Shown: positions 23,446 to 37,375, numbered from the whole stretch's first letter. The stretch: 58,657 bases of DNA, filler included, from Squatina squatina (GCA_031763465.1; 3 parts of 3 records of this genome joined end to end with filler, not necessarily neighbours in it), one strand, 5' to 3'. Numbers and translations: made by a program. Notes: generated by a model not told the origin, from the letters alone.

Positions 23446-24569
23446 GTTAGAGGTCAGGTATGGATGAAGATTAAACATAAAATTGAATTGAACAATGCTG
23501 AAGTTCCTCTCACAATCCTATACCATTCACTGTTCATCAAGATTAGCAAGCTATTTTCAACTAAGCCCCTTAACAAGCAGAAAGTTAGATTCTTGACCCA
23601 TTCAAAGAACCAACATTTCACCAATACAGATGTGCTGTGTGGGAACATAAGCTCACTAATTAACCAGAAAAGCATGTTTCACCAACACAGTGGTGAACGT
23701 GCTTATGCACGAGCTAATGAGCAGCAATATCCAGCTCTGGTCCAAAAAGGCGAAGGTAAGCTTTTGAGAAGATGACCAATTTGGTTGGCACTAAGTCAAT
23801 CGCCTGTAGAAGGCGGCAGAAATCAGGAAAAGATTCCGAGATATTGAAAAGAAAATTGAGTAAAATATAATGCTCAATGCATAAGCACTGTGATTGGGTG
23901 GGAATAACCTCACTGGGATGTGACACTGCCATTGAAATTAGTCTCCTAGTACCCTGAGATGGGAGACCGCCCCCTGCCTGAATTAAGATCATTAAAAATG
24001 ATGGCGTGGTGAGAACACAGGGACATGGAGCAACCCCGCCGCACCCCCGCACCATCTTATCCCTCCCACTTACACTGTTTCTGCTGGGTAGGGGGAAGGG
24101 TTAAAATATTCACTTAATATTCTGCCTTTGCCGCCCTCTTTTTTTGCGAAGGCACTTGAATATTTTATTTTAAACCGTGAATGAAGATCAGTATAACTCT
24201 GATAAAAGTTGGCTTTCTTGTTGGGCATTATCTTGTATGTACCAGNNNNNNNNNNNNNNNNNNNNNNNNNNNNNNNNNNNNNNNNNNNNNNNNNNNNNNN
24301 NNNNNNNNNNNNNNNNNNNNNNNNNNNNNNNNNNNNNNNNNNNNNACTCGGGGGAGGCTGAAGATTGCAAACTCCCGTAGATCCAGGACTCTTAGGTAAG
24401 TATGTGACTTTTTTTTGTGATTGGAGGCACCCGCACGCAGAAAGCCTCCAATCGCAATTTCGGTGTCAAAGTTTGTTTGATAACGCTGCTGTGAAGCCCC
24501 TTGTGACATTTTCCTATGTTAAAGGTGCTATAGAAATGCAAGTTGTTGTTGGTGTTGTTGAGGGTAGGA

Positions 24570-24990
24570 CCACTCAGAGGTGAAGAGGAAATCTAGCAGT
24601 GGAGAACTGGGGAGTGGCAGAAATATTAAAGATATATTTTGCATCAGTTTTACAAGGGAGATACACCATTGAAAGTTGGGGGACAATTGTTGGAGTAAGT
24701 TGCAGAAAACGAATTGGTTTTGAAAAAAACAATTAGAGCAGAACTCAAGGTGAACACAACACTGGGCCCTGACGACATCTGCCCCAGGCTGTTGAAGGAA
24801 TTCAGAGAAAAGGTAGCTGACGCCCTCAGATATGTAAATTGTGCCGGGGGACTGAAGAATCTCCAATGTGCCAGCTCTGTTCAAGAACGTGGAGAAGGAT
24901 AAAGTGCAATAGACCAGTTAGTCGAACATCAGTTGTGGGCAAACACTCAGAATCCATAAGTCAAGGGAAAATTAATGAGCGTTTAGAAAT
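24570..24990 (+). mobile_element. Degenerate CR1 ORF2 fragment
   Basis: GPDDICPRLLKE..E..A..L motif upstream of the RT domain. Confidence 0.7.
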
Positions 24991-26117
24991 GCATGCCTAA
25001 ATCTTTCAACACTAGCCAATATGATAGCTACAGCAAAAAGAATCTTTGGTTTTGTTCCGGTGAGCCATCTTCTTGTGTTTGAAAGAGGTCCATTTCGGGA
25101 CCCAGATGCCATGAGACAAGGGCCACATCAATCCCAGGCTCACTCTACAACACAATTGTCAATCGCTTCACGCACTCTTGCTACTGACCCAGAAGCTAGG
25201 AGAAGTGCAACTCTCGGGTTTAAGAACACTTGCTGTATGCTCTGGTACCAAAGGGAAGCACCATGGCAAAAAGCATTAGGCATGTATTCATTAAATCACG
25301 GCTGCACTAAAGTCAGTAGAAATTCAACTTCACAGAACCCCACTCAAATTTCCAAACAGTTCCACACGATTTACACATGTAAATCATGTGGCTCTGATTG
25401 GGAAATCCAGGGGTAGATTTTAAGCTCTAGTGCAATTCGGGCNNNNNNNNNNNNNNNNNNNNNNNNNNNNNNNNNNNNNNNNNNNNNNNNNNNNNNNNNN
25501 NNNNNNNNNNNNNNNNNNNNNNNNNNNNNNNNNNNNNNNNNNAATGAGTGTAGAACTGAACCAAATGCCCTCTTTCTCCATTGTATCATTCTATGATTCT
25601 AATGAAATGTTTTGACATCTTGCAGTGTTTCTGATGGTATTTGTTTTTTTTGTTGTTATTTTACACTTGGTTTCCCTTGTAGGAACAGAGATATGTATCA
25701 ATTCTCTATTAGTACAACGTAAGAGAAGTGCACATGATCCTGACAATCTAGTTAGGAAGTGATAAGCAAACGTCTGCACTCTGTCAGGCTTCTGGGAGAT
25801 GCAAGTCCCTTGTTGTTGAGCAGTTGTATATATCCCTGATTACATTGTGTTACTGAATGCAATATCAGGTGGCCTAGCTAAATCCCTTCACTACCTCATT
25901 CACCAGCTGTACAGCACATCAGACTCAGAAGGTGCCAATTTTGGATTTTACCAATTCAGTGCTCAGTTATGTTTATATTTTCATCCTAGCTAAAGCAACA
26001 CAGATATTCGCAGTGGGTGAGTTAAGAACAGTAACATATTGACAAAGCTTTTGAAATTCTGCCAGCTACACGATGAACATGCACAGCGCCGAGTTTTAAT
26101 TAGTTATTACAACTGCA

Positions 26118-26226
26118 GGGGGTAAGATCTTGACTTTGTGCAAAATGAGTAATAGCGAATTGGCAGCCCGTTTTACACCTCTCCCCACATGTATTATCAT
26201 TCACTTCAAAGTCAAGATTTACCCCC
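26118..26226. repeat. 109-bp element with about 20-bp terminal inverted repeats (MITE-like)
   Basis: GGGGGTAAGATCTTGACTTTG ... CAAAGTCAAGATTTACCCCC. Confidence 0.55.
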
Positions 26227-29200
26227 AGGAGTGAGTCTAAGGGCAGAAAGCACATTAAACCATAACTTCTAAATCTATGTTAACTGTCGTACAATATTTC
26301 TATATTTTCATATTGAGATGTATATATATATAATATATATATATACTTATATAAGGACATACAGAAATTACTATGCCTATCTCATCCTTCAAAAACCTTA
26401 ACTTTACAAGGAAATGATCTCTGTTGAACATTATTTATTGTACGTTACAATGTCTTCATCCATCACTGTCTACCAATCTGGAGCCACTTACTAGCATGCT
26501 CTCTTCTGTATATTTGCATGCAGTAAGCACAATGGGCACACAACATTTTCAAAGGAGCATTTCATGACAGCAATTTGGAGATGGCACCATTTTATTTTTG
26601 AAAATCGAAGAAGAAAGCAAAACATCAAAAGCTCAGTCACACAGCTGTTTTGAAGGATAATGAACAGAAATGAGAAGTGTATATCAAACAGAACATAAGC
26701 TCTGCTTGAGATCTGCCACTACTGTAGGGATTCTGGAGCAAATATATGACTGGATACCATTTTTAATCTTATTTTTAAATTACATAGGACTATACTATTC
26801 TATAGCTTGACAGTTAAGGTTAATAGTTTATAAGGTTCAGAAGGTCTATATTTTATGGTTTATAGTTTCTAAGGTCTCTATTGTGTAGTGGGGAGTGCTA
26901 GTAAACAAGGGCCCTTGAGTAATTAATATCATNNNNNNNNNNNNNNNNNNNNNNNNNNNNNNNNNNNNNNNNNNNNNNNNNNNNNNNNNNNNNNNNNNNN
27001 NNNNNNNNNNNNNNNNNNNNNNNNNNNNNNNNCTTCAATCTCCCAGTCCCAAATGACCTGAGTTAAGTATCCAGTTGAGTAATCGTGGTATATTAAAAAA
27101 AAAACCATGTTGTCCACTCTTCACTGATTTCAAATAATAAAAAAATATTTAATTTACGTTCTACGATGTTTAATTGCAAAAAATACCACATAATTAGTTT
27201 CTGTATTGTGTATGCTAATATTAAAATAACAAATAAATTAAACGTCAAACATATGTTAGCAGAACCTCAGGCATTTTGCAATCGTTTATCACTTATAATG
27301 CAGCACAATTTATTTTAATTTTCCCTAAGGGTATAAGCGGAGGATAATTTGTAATTACTCTCCTGAGTGAATTTTGCTTTTAATGCAATACATTACTATT
27401 CAAGATGTATGAGGAAGCTTCACATAAATTTTAAATGTGGACAGTCGAATGTGCTGAAATCATCATCTCCCTTGCCTGTGTTCAGTCACTCAAGCGTAAG
27501 TGTGCTACCTCCTATATTGTGAAACCCAAGTTCTACCAGAAAGGAGCATTCAAATTAATCTTGTGTTTGTTCAAAGAGACAAACTTATTTTTTTTCCACT
27601 TTGTTTCTTTTTTTCCTGCTCATGGTAGACTTATTGCGATCACACACCCTGCAGTGGCCATGAACCTTGATGCATGATTAGCATTAACACTGCGCTGTAA
27701 GTGGAAAACATAAACGGCAGATCAAACTTGGAAAGTCAGATCATAGAATCGTTACAGCACAGTAGGAAGCCATTTGGTCCATCCAGTCCATGCTGGCCCT
27801 CTGCAAGAGCTTTTCAGCTCGGCCCAATCCCCTGCTCTTTCCCTGTGGTCCTGCAATTATTTTCTTCAGGTAAAACAGTGNNNNNNNNNNNNNNNNNNNN
27901 NNNNNNNNNNNNNNNNNNNNNNNNNNNNNNNNNNNNNNNNNNNNNNNNNNNNNNNNNNNNNNNNNNNNNNNNNNNNNNNNGTTCTGCGGTATTTAACATT
28001 CCGTGCTTTGAAATGTAGAAGTGCATAATGTTAATGGAATTGCAGTAATTACCGAACGCTGATGAGCAAACAGGAACAAAGAAAAACATCGCACGATTGT
28101 GCAGCGGGTGCAAGGAGACAAGTATAAAGTGAAACATCCAATGGGCTCAGGCTCTTAGTGTCATTAGATCACAATGCAAAACCGACAGGAGTGAAATAAT
28201 TAAAGGGAAAAGGGCAACGTGGCATTAAGGGTTGGGTGGTTTCCAGATGTTAATGAAATTAACATAGTAATTCTTAAGGTTAAAGCAATTACAGTGGAAC
28301 CATTTCCCAGACTAAGGTTGCCCATGTTTCAGTTAAGTGTCATTTTCCATCTGTTTATTACATATTATTAAAAACTCCGAGCCTTCTGTGTGGCATCAAA
28401 AGGGCCTTTGATCATTTAGTCCAATTACTGTAGATATTTGTCCTTTCAGTGTTTGGTCAATGCCATGCAGCTTTAGAGTCTTTANNNNNNNNNNNNNNNN
28501 NNNNNNNNNNNNNNNNNNNNNNNNNNNNNNNNNNNNNNNNNNNNNNNNNNNNNNNNNNNNNNNNNNNNNNNNNNNNNNNNNNNNAAAATAGTGCCAAGGG
28601 ATTGTATACGTTCACCTGAGAGAGCAGATAGGTCCTTGGCTTAACTTCTCACCTAAAAGATGTCACCTGCAAAAGCACTTCCTCAGCCTAGAATTTTGTG
28701 CTCAAGTCTCTGGAGTTGGTCTTGAACCTACAACCTTCTGATTCAGAGGCAAGAGTGAGCTATGACTAACTCTGATATTGCACCTTCTGTAATGCTACTG
28801 TCCTTAGGCCCTCATTTGTCAGTCGCACATCTGTAATCCAGAAGTGTGCCCTGCTGTTTTTTTTCCCAAACTACAAGCCCCAGATTTTGTCAAGTTGATA
28901 GGTAGCACAGCCTTTTTCCAATGATGGGCATTGAGGGAGGTCCCAGATTAGTACATGGAGAGTGTGATGCAGTGCTGGCAGATCCCAGCGAGGGATTTAA
29001 CTGTGACATCACGATGAAGTGTAGTTTTACTGCATCTGATACGAAAGCCATGCAGTGTGAGACACCTCCAGGGGAGTGCGGTGGAGCGGGGGCGAGATTC
29101 ACATCTTTAGTCTTCAGTGCAGGCCTGAGTCAGATTGTTGATTGGACTCCTGGGTTCCACTAATGTTAAGGCCTCTGAAAGTGTGTCACGTGAAGGCATT

Positions 29201-30746
29201 GGCATATAGCAGCAGATAGTGGAAGAAATTGCACTGTTACCAGACACTGCTGGACAAAGGCAATCACGAGTAGATAGATTATTCTAACAAAGTGATTCAA
29301 TTGATTGAGAGAGCAGTCATAGTTAAGCTATGAAAACCATAGCCCAAGAAAGGGCAACCTCTAATAGTAATAATTAATATTCCAGCATGCTCCCTACTGG
29401 GATAGAGAACTAAAATTTAATTAAAGCACATCTGAGTGAAGTTCTCATATATCACTGGAAGGTACTAGAATGTTTATTCTTACCATTAGTACGTAACAAC
29501 CATTATGGGGATGTAAGTCTTACCATGTATTAATGGCAATTGTATCTGAACGGACCTTTACAATAATCTGTCTTCCAATGTTCGGGAAGCAAGTTTTACC
29601 TGGCTGATCATGAAGGTAGATTGAACGCACCTAAAATTACGAGGCTGATAATTTAATTTTTTTTCAAAAAAAGCTTTCAAATCAAGCCAGAATCTAAGGA
29701 GCATTCAGTGAAACAGAAAGCCCCATGGTTTATTTCCTGTGAATTTTATTAATCTCTCCAGCTAAAAGATTACATGCCGGAAAAAAATGATTGCAGTGTT
29801 TCAGGAGCCAGTCGCAATCTATTACACATGCGGCCATTATTCTGTCATCTTGTAATGGCAGCTCCTTTATTCATTGTTCCAAGGTCAATTATACTGCGGT
29901 TGCTAAAACGCGGGGAACACATTTTGAGCAGCATTTTAAATGGTCAGCAGCTTCGACTCACTTTCAAAGGCAATATGTCAAGGTCATTCTATTTCGGCTG
30001 ACGACATCTTGCAGCCAAATGAAGTGAACTTCTGAAAAGCAAGTTGTTCTTCAAAACGGTTCGCACACACACAAAAAAATGGAACACAGTCGAATAGATG
30101 CTCTCCAAAAGCTGCATTGCAGAGCCTCCACGATTCAAAAAGCCAGAACAGGCTAATGAAATTTATTTTGTGCAACCATTTTATCACATTGCTGTTTGCG
30201 GGAGCTTGCTGTGCGCTAATTGACTGCCGCATTTCCTACATTACAACAGTGACTACACTCCAAAAGTACTTCATTGGCTGTAAAACACTTTGGGTCGTCC
30301 TGAGGTCGTGAAAGGCTCTATATAAATGCAAGTCTTTTTTTTCTTTAATGAGAGAAATTCGCAATAGTTTAGCTGGCTTTTGAAAACAAAGAATTCAGTT
30401 CTTATTAAACTGAAGGATGACTTTTTTCATTTTGAAGTTTATTTGTATTCAGAAGTAACAATCATAGTTTTGGTCTTATTTTTTTCTTTCCACCATTTTA
30501 ACCTCCTTTTACATTTCTTCTCTCTCCCCCATGCAAGTGTTAGGGTTCCATAGAGACTGGTCATCTGCCAAGTACCTTCACCAAAGTAACTATTATTGGT
30601 ATGTGAGACTTTGATAGCTAAAGTTTCTCTCTTAAGTAGTCTGGATGCCTTTTATTTATCTGTTCCTGGGATGTGGGCGTCACTGGCAAGACCAGCATTT
30701 ATTGGCCATCCCAAATTGCCCTTGAGAAGGTGGTGGTGAGCCACCT

Positions 30747-30846
30747 NNNNNNNNNNNNNNNNNNNNNNNNNNNNNNNNNNNNNNNNNNNNTTAATTAATT
30801 AANNNNNNNNNNNNNNNNNNNNNNNNNNNNNNNNNNNNNNNNNNNN
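30747..30846. other. Artificial scaffold linker (44 N + TTAATTAATTAA + 44 N)
   Basis: Palindromic all-frame stop 12-mer centred in exactly 100 positions; identical at 43860-43959. Confidence 0.95.
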
Positions 30847-31906
30847 CGGGTGGAATACATTCAGAGAAAGGACCCCAATATAGGACCAGCCCAATGAACT
30901 ACTTGCATAAAGACTTTATTAATAGTTTCTCTCATTCTCCTCCCACTGTTCTGGCGCTGTTGAACTCACTTTGGACTTCCTCACGCCTTTTCCTGTGCCA
31001 CATTGAGTTGTCCCCTGGATACTTTACAGGCCTTCACACCAATATACAAAATTGTAAAATCCATTCAAAGGCAATTATATCCACTGGCCATTTCTTGATA
31101 AAATAGTTAGCCTACCTGAGCCCCCTCCTGTTTCAGGTCACTGTTCGATAGGGGCTGTTCTCTGAACACCTCTATTTGGATTGAGGAATTCAGCTGAAAC
31201 TCTATTATTTCTTTTGGATGTCGACTGTTATTGTTTGATTTCCACTAATCGTGATCTTTGTTTTATGCTCAAATTTGTCTTTGTTAAAAAAACAAGCCAA
31301 TATGTGAAACAAACCTGAGCACTGAAGATAGTGCGGTAGTTTCTGCTCAGTTGTGCTGGTCTTTTCAGCATAATGCACCCAAAATCGGCATAACCGGCGC
31401 AAAAGATTGTGGAACTTTACGACATAACTGATGTCTGAGACTAAAAGCTGCGTGAATTTTACAGCTACTGATGTAATCCTTAACTCCAGAGGAGCGTTTA
31501 TGTTACGAGGTGGGACGCGGAGTCTATTCTAATTAGGTTACACGGCTCTTGACTTCAGAACTATGGCAGGGTCTCCTTGGTGTTCTTTCGACACAATTAG
31601 CATTATGTCAGCCGCACTTCTATTACATAAAGTGAAACTTTCGCATTGATTTTTAGATTTAATTTCTTGTTGGGACCAATGCCTTATTTTGCGTCTATCA
31701 TCAGTCGGCCCAACCACATCTGCTGTTTTCCAAAGGCTGCCACAGCACTGAAAAGTATCATAACAATGGGAGACCCTGAATGAGTGCGCTTTACAAATTA
31801 AAGCCTTAGTATTGGCACAATCTGCATGTTTTTTTTTTGTGTTGTTGGAAAAAATAGCAATGTTAAAGTGCTTCTCACTCACTGCAATTGCCTTCTCTTC
31901 TGGCAG

Positions 31907-32008
31907 AGCTGTGGCGTGCGAGCCACCAGCCAGCAGAGCAGCGAAGCCGGAGATATCTGTCCGATCTGCCAGGCAGAATTTCGAGAGCCTGTGATGTTGA
32001 TTTGCCAG
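31907..32008 (+). CDS. RNFT2: RING finger transmembrane protein 2, penultimate exon
   Basis: CAG|...CAG|GT, 102 nt; SCGVRATSQQSSEAGDICPICQAEFREPVMLICQ (GVRAT..Q..EAGDIC is RNFT2-type rather than RNFT1-type). Confidence 0.9.
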
Positions 32009-32419
32009 GTAGGGGAGAGAAAAACAAAGAAAAAAAAACGAGATTGTTTTTAGCTGTTATAGAAAGGATTATTTGTGTGTGTCCTTGATGATCTGTTAAT
32101 CCCAGCGTTGGAGGCGCTGATCTAGAGTTTCCCCGAGCAAGATTTGATGGTTTTAATTACCTGATCAGCAGATACAAGATAAGCGATCAATCTGATTGTT
32201 ACAAATGAGGGAGGTCGGCCCATTACCAGACAACAGCCCTGTTAAGGCATAGAAAAGTGATATTTATCATTGGTGAATTGCATTGGTGAAGCGCGAGACA
32301 TGGCAAAAATCGAATGCAGCAATGTGCTTAAGAATCAATTTATAATTGTGGAAAGATGTAAATCAGTCGAGGACAGGACTATAGGGCCATTGGTGCTACA
32401 GTGCACAGTGCTCAGAGTG

Positions 32420-32620
32420 CAGTAAAAACAGGAAATGCTCAGCAGGTGTGGAGAGAGAAACAGAGTTAATGTTTCAGGTCGATGAATGTTAGGAAGGGTC
32501 ATCGACCTGAAACGTTAACTCTGTTTCTCTCTCCACAGATGCTGCCCGACCTGCTGAGTGTTTCCAGCATTTTCTGTTTTCATTTCACGATTTCCAGCTC
32601 CCGCGGTATTTTGCTTTTGT
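32420..32620. mobile_element. Palindromic Penelope-related repeat in RNFT2 last intron
   Basis: 39-bp inverted arms at 32447-32485 and 32499-32537 with one mismatch. Confidence 0.6.
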
Positions 32621-33186
32621 TGATCATAGTTCGGGCCAGCTTTGCATCTTTAACAATACGCTTGCCGTATTAAGGAATTTTCTTCAATGTGTTCGGAAGA
32701 TTCAGCAGCAACCCAGTTGTGGACTAAGAACGCACAATGTTATTCATACGCCTCTGAACACTTCATTTCTGCATCACACCTGGAGTGGGACAACGGAAAC
32801 TGTGTTCGCGTGCAGCCTTTCTAGGCTTTCGAGGCAATATGGTTAAACACGGAATCAAGCCTTGGAGTTTAGTTGTATTGTTTAAAAATGCACTGGGAGT
32901 TCCAATCAAAAGATGTACGCTTTAGAATGGGAAGTTGCAGCAGATAACGTGCACATCCCCTCCCCCTTTCCTAATGAGAGGATTGAATTGCAACTGCATG
33001 CTTTCTGTGCCAGTGTGGAGAGATGAACAGCTTGGAGAATATTGCAGGTGGTTGATGTGACTTTACGTTCACTTACCGGTATGTCGTCTCCTGCAGCTTC
33101 ACAAATGCGGATCGTCTGACTGATGGGTGTGTGTGCTCTCTGTTCTCTACCCTCGCCTCCCCCTCCCTCTCTCTCTCTCTCTCCAG

Positions 33187-33321
33187 CACGTCTTCTGCGA
33201 CGAGTGCGCTTGCCTGTGGTTCGACCGGGAGAGGAGCTGTCCATTGTGCCGAACCGCTGTCATCGAGACCCTGCGCTGCTGGAAGGACGGGACCACCTCA
33301 GCGCACTTTCAGGTGTATTGA
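33187..33321 (+). CDS. RNFT2: RNFT2 last coding exon (RING C-terminal half)
   Basis: (CT)n-CAG acceptor; HVFCDECACLWFDRERSCPLCR....TLRCWKDGTTSAHFQVY*. Confidence 0.92.
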   Translation, partial: HVFCDECACLWFDRERSCPLCRTAVIETLRCWKDGTTSAHFQVY

Positions 33322-34543
33322 TGCCCGAGTGGAATCGATCCACGGCGCTCGGTCCCCGCCGCAGAGACCACTTCAGCACTGCTCGGGGATGCGTGTGAAT
33401 GCAGCTGTACAACAGCTGGGGTCGGTCCCTGTGTTATTTAGAAATTGTACAATCTCCACGTGCGACGCTAATCATAATAATGTATCTTAAGTAAATGTTT
33501 CAAAAAAAATTAGCACGTGTCTGTTAGGTAAAGGTATTCTATATTTATGTTTTTAAAAAGACCTTACTAAATAAGGGGAATGTATCTTAGCGTGGTTGTT
33601 TCACTATCAACCTTCATCTTGCGGTTGGATATTCTGTTAAGTATGTTATTTTGCCACTTGATTCCTGTGGTGTGCAGAAGGAAATCGTCATTAAATATTT
33701 GTTTTCGCTCAATGCAAATTTAAGGTTCTTTAAATAATGCTGGAGGGCATGTTCTGATAATTAAACATTTATTTAAGCAAACAAGTCATGATAACTTAAT
33801 CATTAAAATAATTTGTGCTGAGTACCATGTTATAATTGGCATGAAGTGTACTGCAGAAAATTATTCAACTCTAAATTTTTGTGCTTCAATTTTAAATCAA
33901 AAGCTGTTCACACCTGCTTTACCATCAGTTTTGGGGTCCATTATGACAAATTCTGGTCGAAGCTTGCTTATTCTCCTTCCTTTTAAAATTGGCACTAGTC
34001 CACCCAAGTATTCTAGGTACAGGGTGTAGCATGGCCCCCCTACTTCCGGGTCATCCTCTGTACGCTTCATGGTGCAGTGCAGTCTCTCGTTTCCTGCTGT
34101 CGGGTAACTGACAAAATCCCGCATATTATTTGGGTCTGGGATGGGAGGCTAAACAAAGATACAAGCAGCAATTACTTAAATAACCAACTTAATTCATAAG
34201 CATCACATTTCGGTGACATACAACAAAGCCAAAGAGAACTGATGAATTTTCTTATTTAATGAATGTCACTCCCCTTTTGAAACCCAATGCCAACATCCAG
34301 TACTGCCAAGGTGCAACAGGAACTTCTGTAAAGCACACCTCCCTCTAATCTGTTCCAACATGCCTCAACCAACCTCTGATCAGCACTCTCTAATGCACTT
34401 GTGTGAATTACAGGAGTAGGCTGATAGAACATAGAACATAGAAAATACAGCACATAACAGGCCCTTCGGCCCACGATGTTGTGCCGAACCTTTGTCCNNN
34501 NNNNNNNNNNNNNNNNNNNNNNNNNNNNNNNNNNNNNNNNNNN

Positions 34544-34918
34544 AGTCCTGACAATCTACCACCTATCTCCTACCTCCTTTTACTCTCGAAAGACCTTGAA
34601 TTTTTTGTCGCCTCTCAAATCCATATTCACGTTGCACAACTTTTTTTTTAAATCTCGCACTTTTGTAATTACATGCAGTAACATCAACAACTGTATTCAA
34701 CTAGTATAAAATTGCGATAACAAATGTTACATTCCAAATTTAAAAGCATGCATTTTTTAAGTTCTGATGTCTTGTAAAATGTAACTAGTGCAATTTTCCG
34801 GTCCAACTCCTTCACATTCCGGTAGGTTGTTCAGCCCAAGTCTGGGGCTGAGTTTCACTCCTGAGCAACGCTCCGACCTTTATTGCGTCGACGGAATGAC
34901 AGATACTCCACCTGTCAC
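34544..34918 (-). other. HRK: Putative non-coding exon 2 (3' UTR) of HRK; lower boundary is only the contig edge
   Basis: Acceptor ttttcctgctttgcag|G at 34919-20 on the same contig as the HRK donor at 35993-94; HRK has a non-coding second exon in mammals. Confidence 0.5.
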
Positions 34919-36027
34919 CTGCAAAGCAGGAAAATAAATTCATTGCAGTGCTGTTTACTATTGAATAAAATAAAAGTACTCTGTTACTCGTTTAATGAGG
35001 TAAATGTCCTATCAATGCCATTCTTTCCTCTGTAATCTCATGCACCACTTCTCTTAAAGGAGGCACGCGAACACTTTTCGAGCAGTACTTGTGATTTGGG
35101 CTTATGCAATTTAATTTAATACTGGTAACTTTGAAGTCATTTCCAGTGCCTTACCGTGACATACGTGCTAGAGCAAATGTTGCAAGCTCGCTTAGTTAAC
35201 TTAGCACAAGATGGTGCATGCAAAAAAAGGTTATTGGTAAATAGCCCACAATTCAGAAAACCATATCTTAAATTCAGTCAAGATTCTTTCTTCACTTTCC
35301 CCTCAGTTCTACTCTTCCTCTCTTTAGGAGGTAGCTCATGCAATGGTGCAGTTCCACAGGCGCTGGCATATTGTGTCGCCCAAGTGGCCCCAGACAGTGA
35401 GAGTTGGCGGGCTATTCCACTGGTGGATGAGAACACCACTCAGCATGATTGTATCCTCAGAGCATAGACACACACGTTGCAGCTGGGGTGACTGGCCATG
35501 GATCAAAAGGAACGCTGGCTGATTTTCACCACCAGCTCCGAGATGGTCAGGCCAATTGCATCATCCCTAGTACTGTCCTGCTGAGATCAGCTGTCTCAAT
35601 GGAGCCGAGACCTCCCTCAATGTGACTCAGTGCCACGCCACCAGGTGATCCAGAAGTTAGTTAACAGGCTCCCTTTAATCTCTTTTTACTGTCTTTGGAG
35701 TTCTGCATTTGGAATCCTTTGGTCAAAATGACCATATCAAAACTGACTGGAAGTTCCCCTCCACAGATATTTATATGAAAAAAAAATTATACCAGCTCGT
35801 TTCTGGTTTAAAACACGCTACTCCGACAAGGAAAGATAATTATTTCAATATTAGTATTAAAATAATAGGTTCAACATCTCAAGTTATAGTTGATAATTTC
35901 ACTCGCGTCAGAAAAAATGAAATACTGTCGTTCGAATGTGTTTTCGATGATTTCACAGTATTCGGGCGATTGAAAAGCCGGCGGCTCCTCTTACCTGTTG
36001 AAGTCCAGATCCCAGGTGTCAAACTTC

Positions 36028-36078
36028 CTACAGGTGTTTTTTTCTGATGAGCATGAGGAGCGCTGTGACATGGACGAG
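36028..36078 (-). CDS. HRK: HRK-like C-terminal membrane anchor fragment (5' side lost in gap)
   Basis: LVHVTALLMLIRKKHL* resembles human HRK AAQVAALAAWLLGRRNL*. Followed 33 nt later by CAACAG|GTAAG donor; lies between RNFT2 and FBXW8 on the opposite strand. Confidence 0.65.
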   Translation of the reverse strand, partial: LVHVTALLMLIRKKHL

Positions 36079-36179
36079 CNNNNNNNNNNNNNNNNNNNNN
36101 NNNNNNNNNNNNNNNNNNNNNNNNNNNNNNNNNNNNNNNNNNNNNNNNNNNNNNNNNNNNNNNNNNNNNNNNNNNNNNN

Positions 36180-36240
36180 CACACTCACAAACACACACAC
36201 ACACACACACACTCAAACGTACACAGACACACGCACACAA
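36180..36240. repeat. (CA)n microsatellite
   Basis: Direct reading; abuts a gap. Confidence 0.9.
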
Positions 36241-37375
36241 CCCCAGCCAGATTCCCGAACCTTACCCACAACTCTGACACATACATAAACACTCCCCACC
36301 CACCCCCGCAAAATGCCGAACTCCACGACTAGGGCCCAATCTTTCAACAACAACAGCAGCTCCACACCATGTCCTGATCTTTACCAATTGACGGGGACCA
36401 ACCACAGCAGTTTCCAGCTGCAGCCTTCGACCACTGCCTTTCCTGCATGACAGGTGGCCTGCCTTCCAGTCTGGCCAGTTGCTGGGCGCAACACAGTGTT
36501 AAAAAAACTGGCAGGACTTCCGCAGTCCGGGCATTTTCCTGCTTCCATGCCCCCTCCCCCGCAGAAACATGCCACCGCTCCCTCCCCGTAGGATTCTGTG
36601 CACATGGGTATCATTGTTGTTTGGAAGCCTCACTGTAAAGCTCAGTCCCTTATTGGATGCATTATACTGGGTCATGTCTGTCTACATTTTCAATATAACC
36701 TTTTTATTTAAAAAGTATTAGCGGTGTTTCTTCCCTCATGACTCGGTGGAGAATTGCGAGATACATGAGCCGCACATGCCTGGAAGGTACCAGATTCCAT
36801 CCGTGGTCTCTCTTGATCTGGCAGCTGTATTTGAATTATTGTTTAGCCTTTATATTTTCCTCCTTCTTGGAAGAAATATTTAAAGATTTTTTGGGACTGG
36901 CATAATCTTAAAAAGTACTCGATCCTATTGTAAAACATCAGGTCCCCCATGGTGATAGATACAGTCAACAGGTGATCCAGTCTATCCTGCTGTTACCCTT
37001 GCTGTCTGGCAAACAGGACTTGATGGTTTGTGAGTTGAGGGACTCATTCAACGGCATTCTCCCTGTCTGGTAATGTCCAGAAATGGTGCCCCTAGTGGAA
37101 ATGCGAGTATGCTCGTATATCATGTAATCATTTTTGATTTAAACAAATAAGGAATTAGCTTTGATAAAAGAGTTAAAACTCCACCAGGTATTGCTCCACT
37201 AGTAACTGCTCCCTGACTCATTCAGATATTAATTGATAAATGATATAGTGCTATGGAAAGTTTAATTCATTGAATGGCTTGCATGATGCATTGTTCTTTT
37301 TTGGTTTGAATTGATCAAGATGTTGATTTATATCAAGGCCATTATGTTATCTGCACAATTAGGATGTGTTACAGT

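Noticed and set aside
36381-36614. 77-aa Cys/Gly-rich ORF between the two HRK pieces
   Set aside because: No similarity to HRK or any family I recognise, and no in-frame link to either piece.
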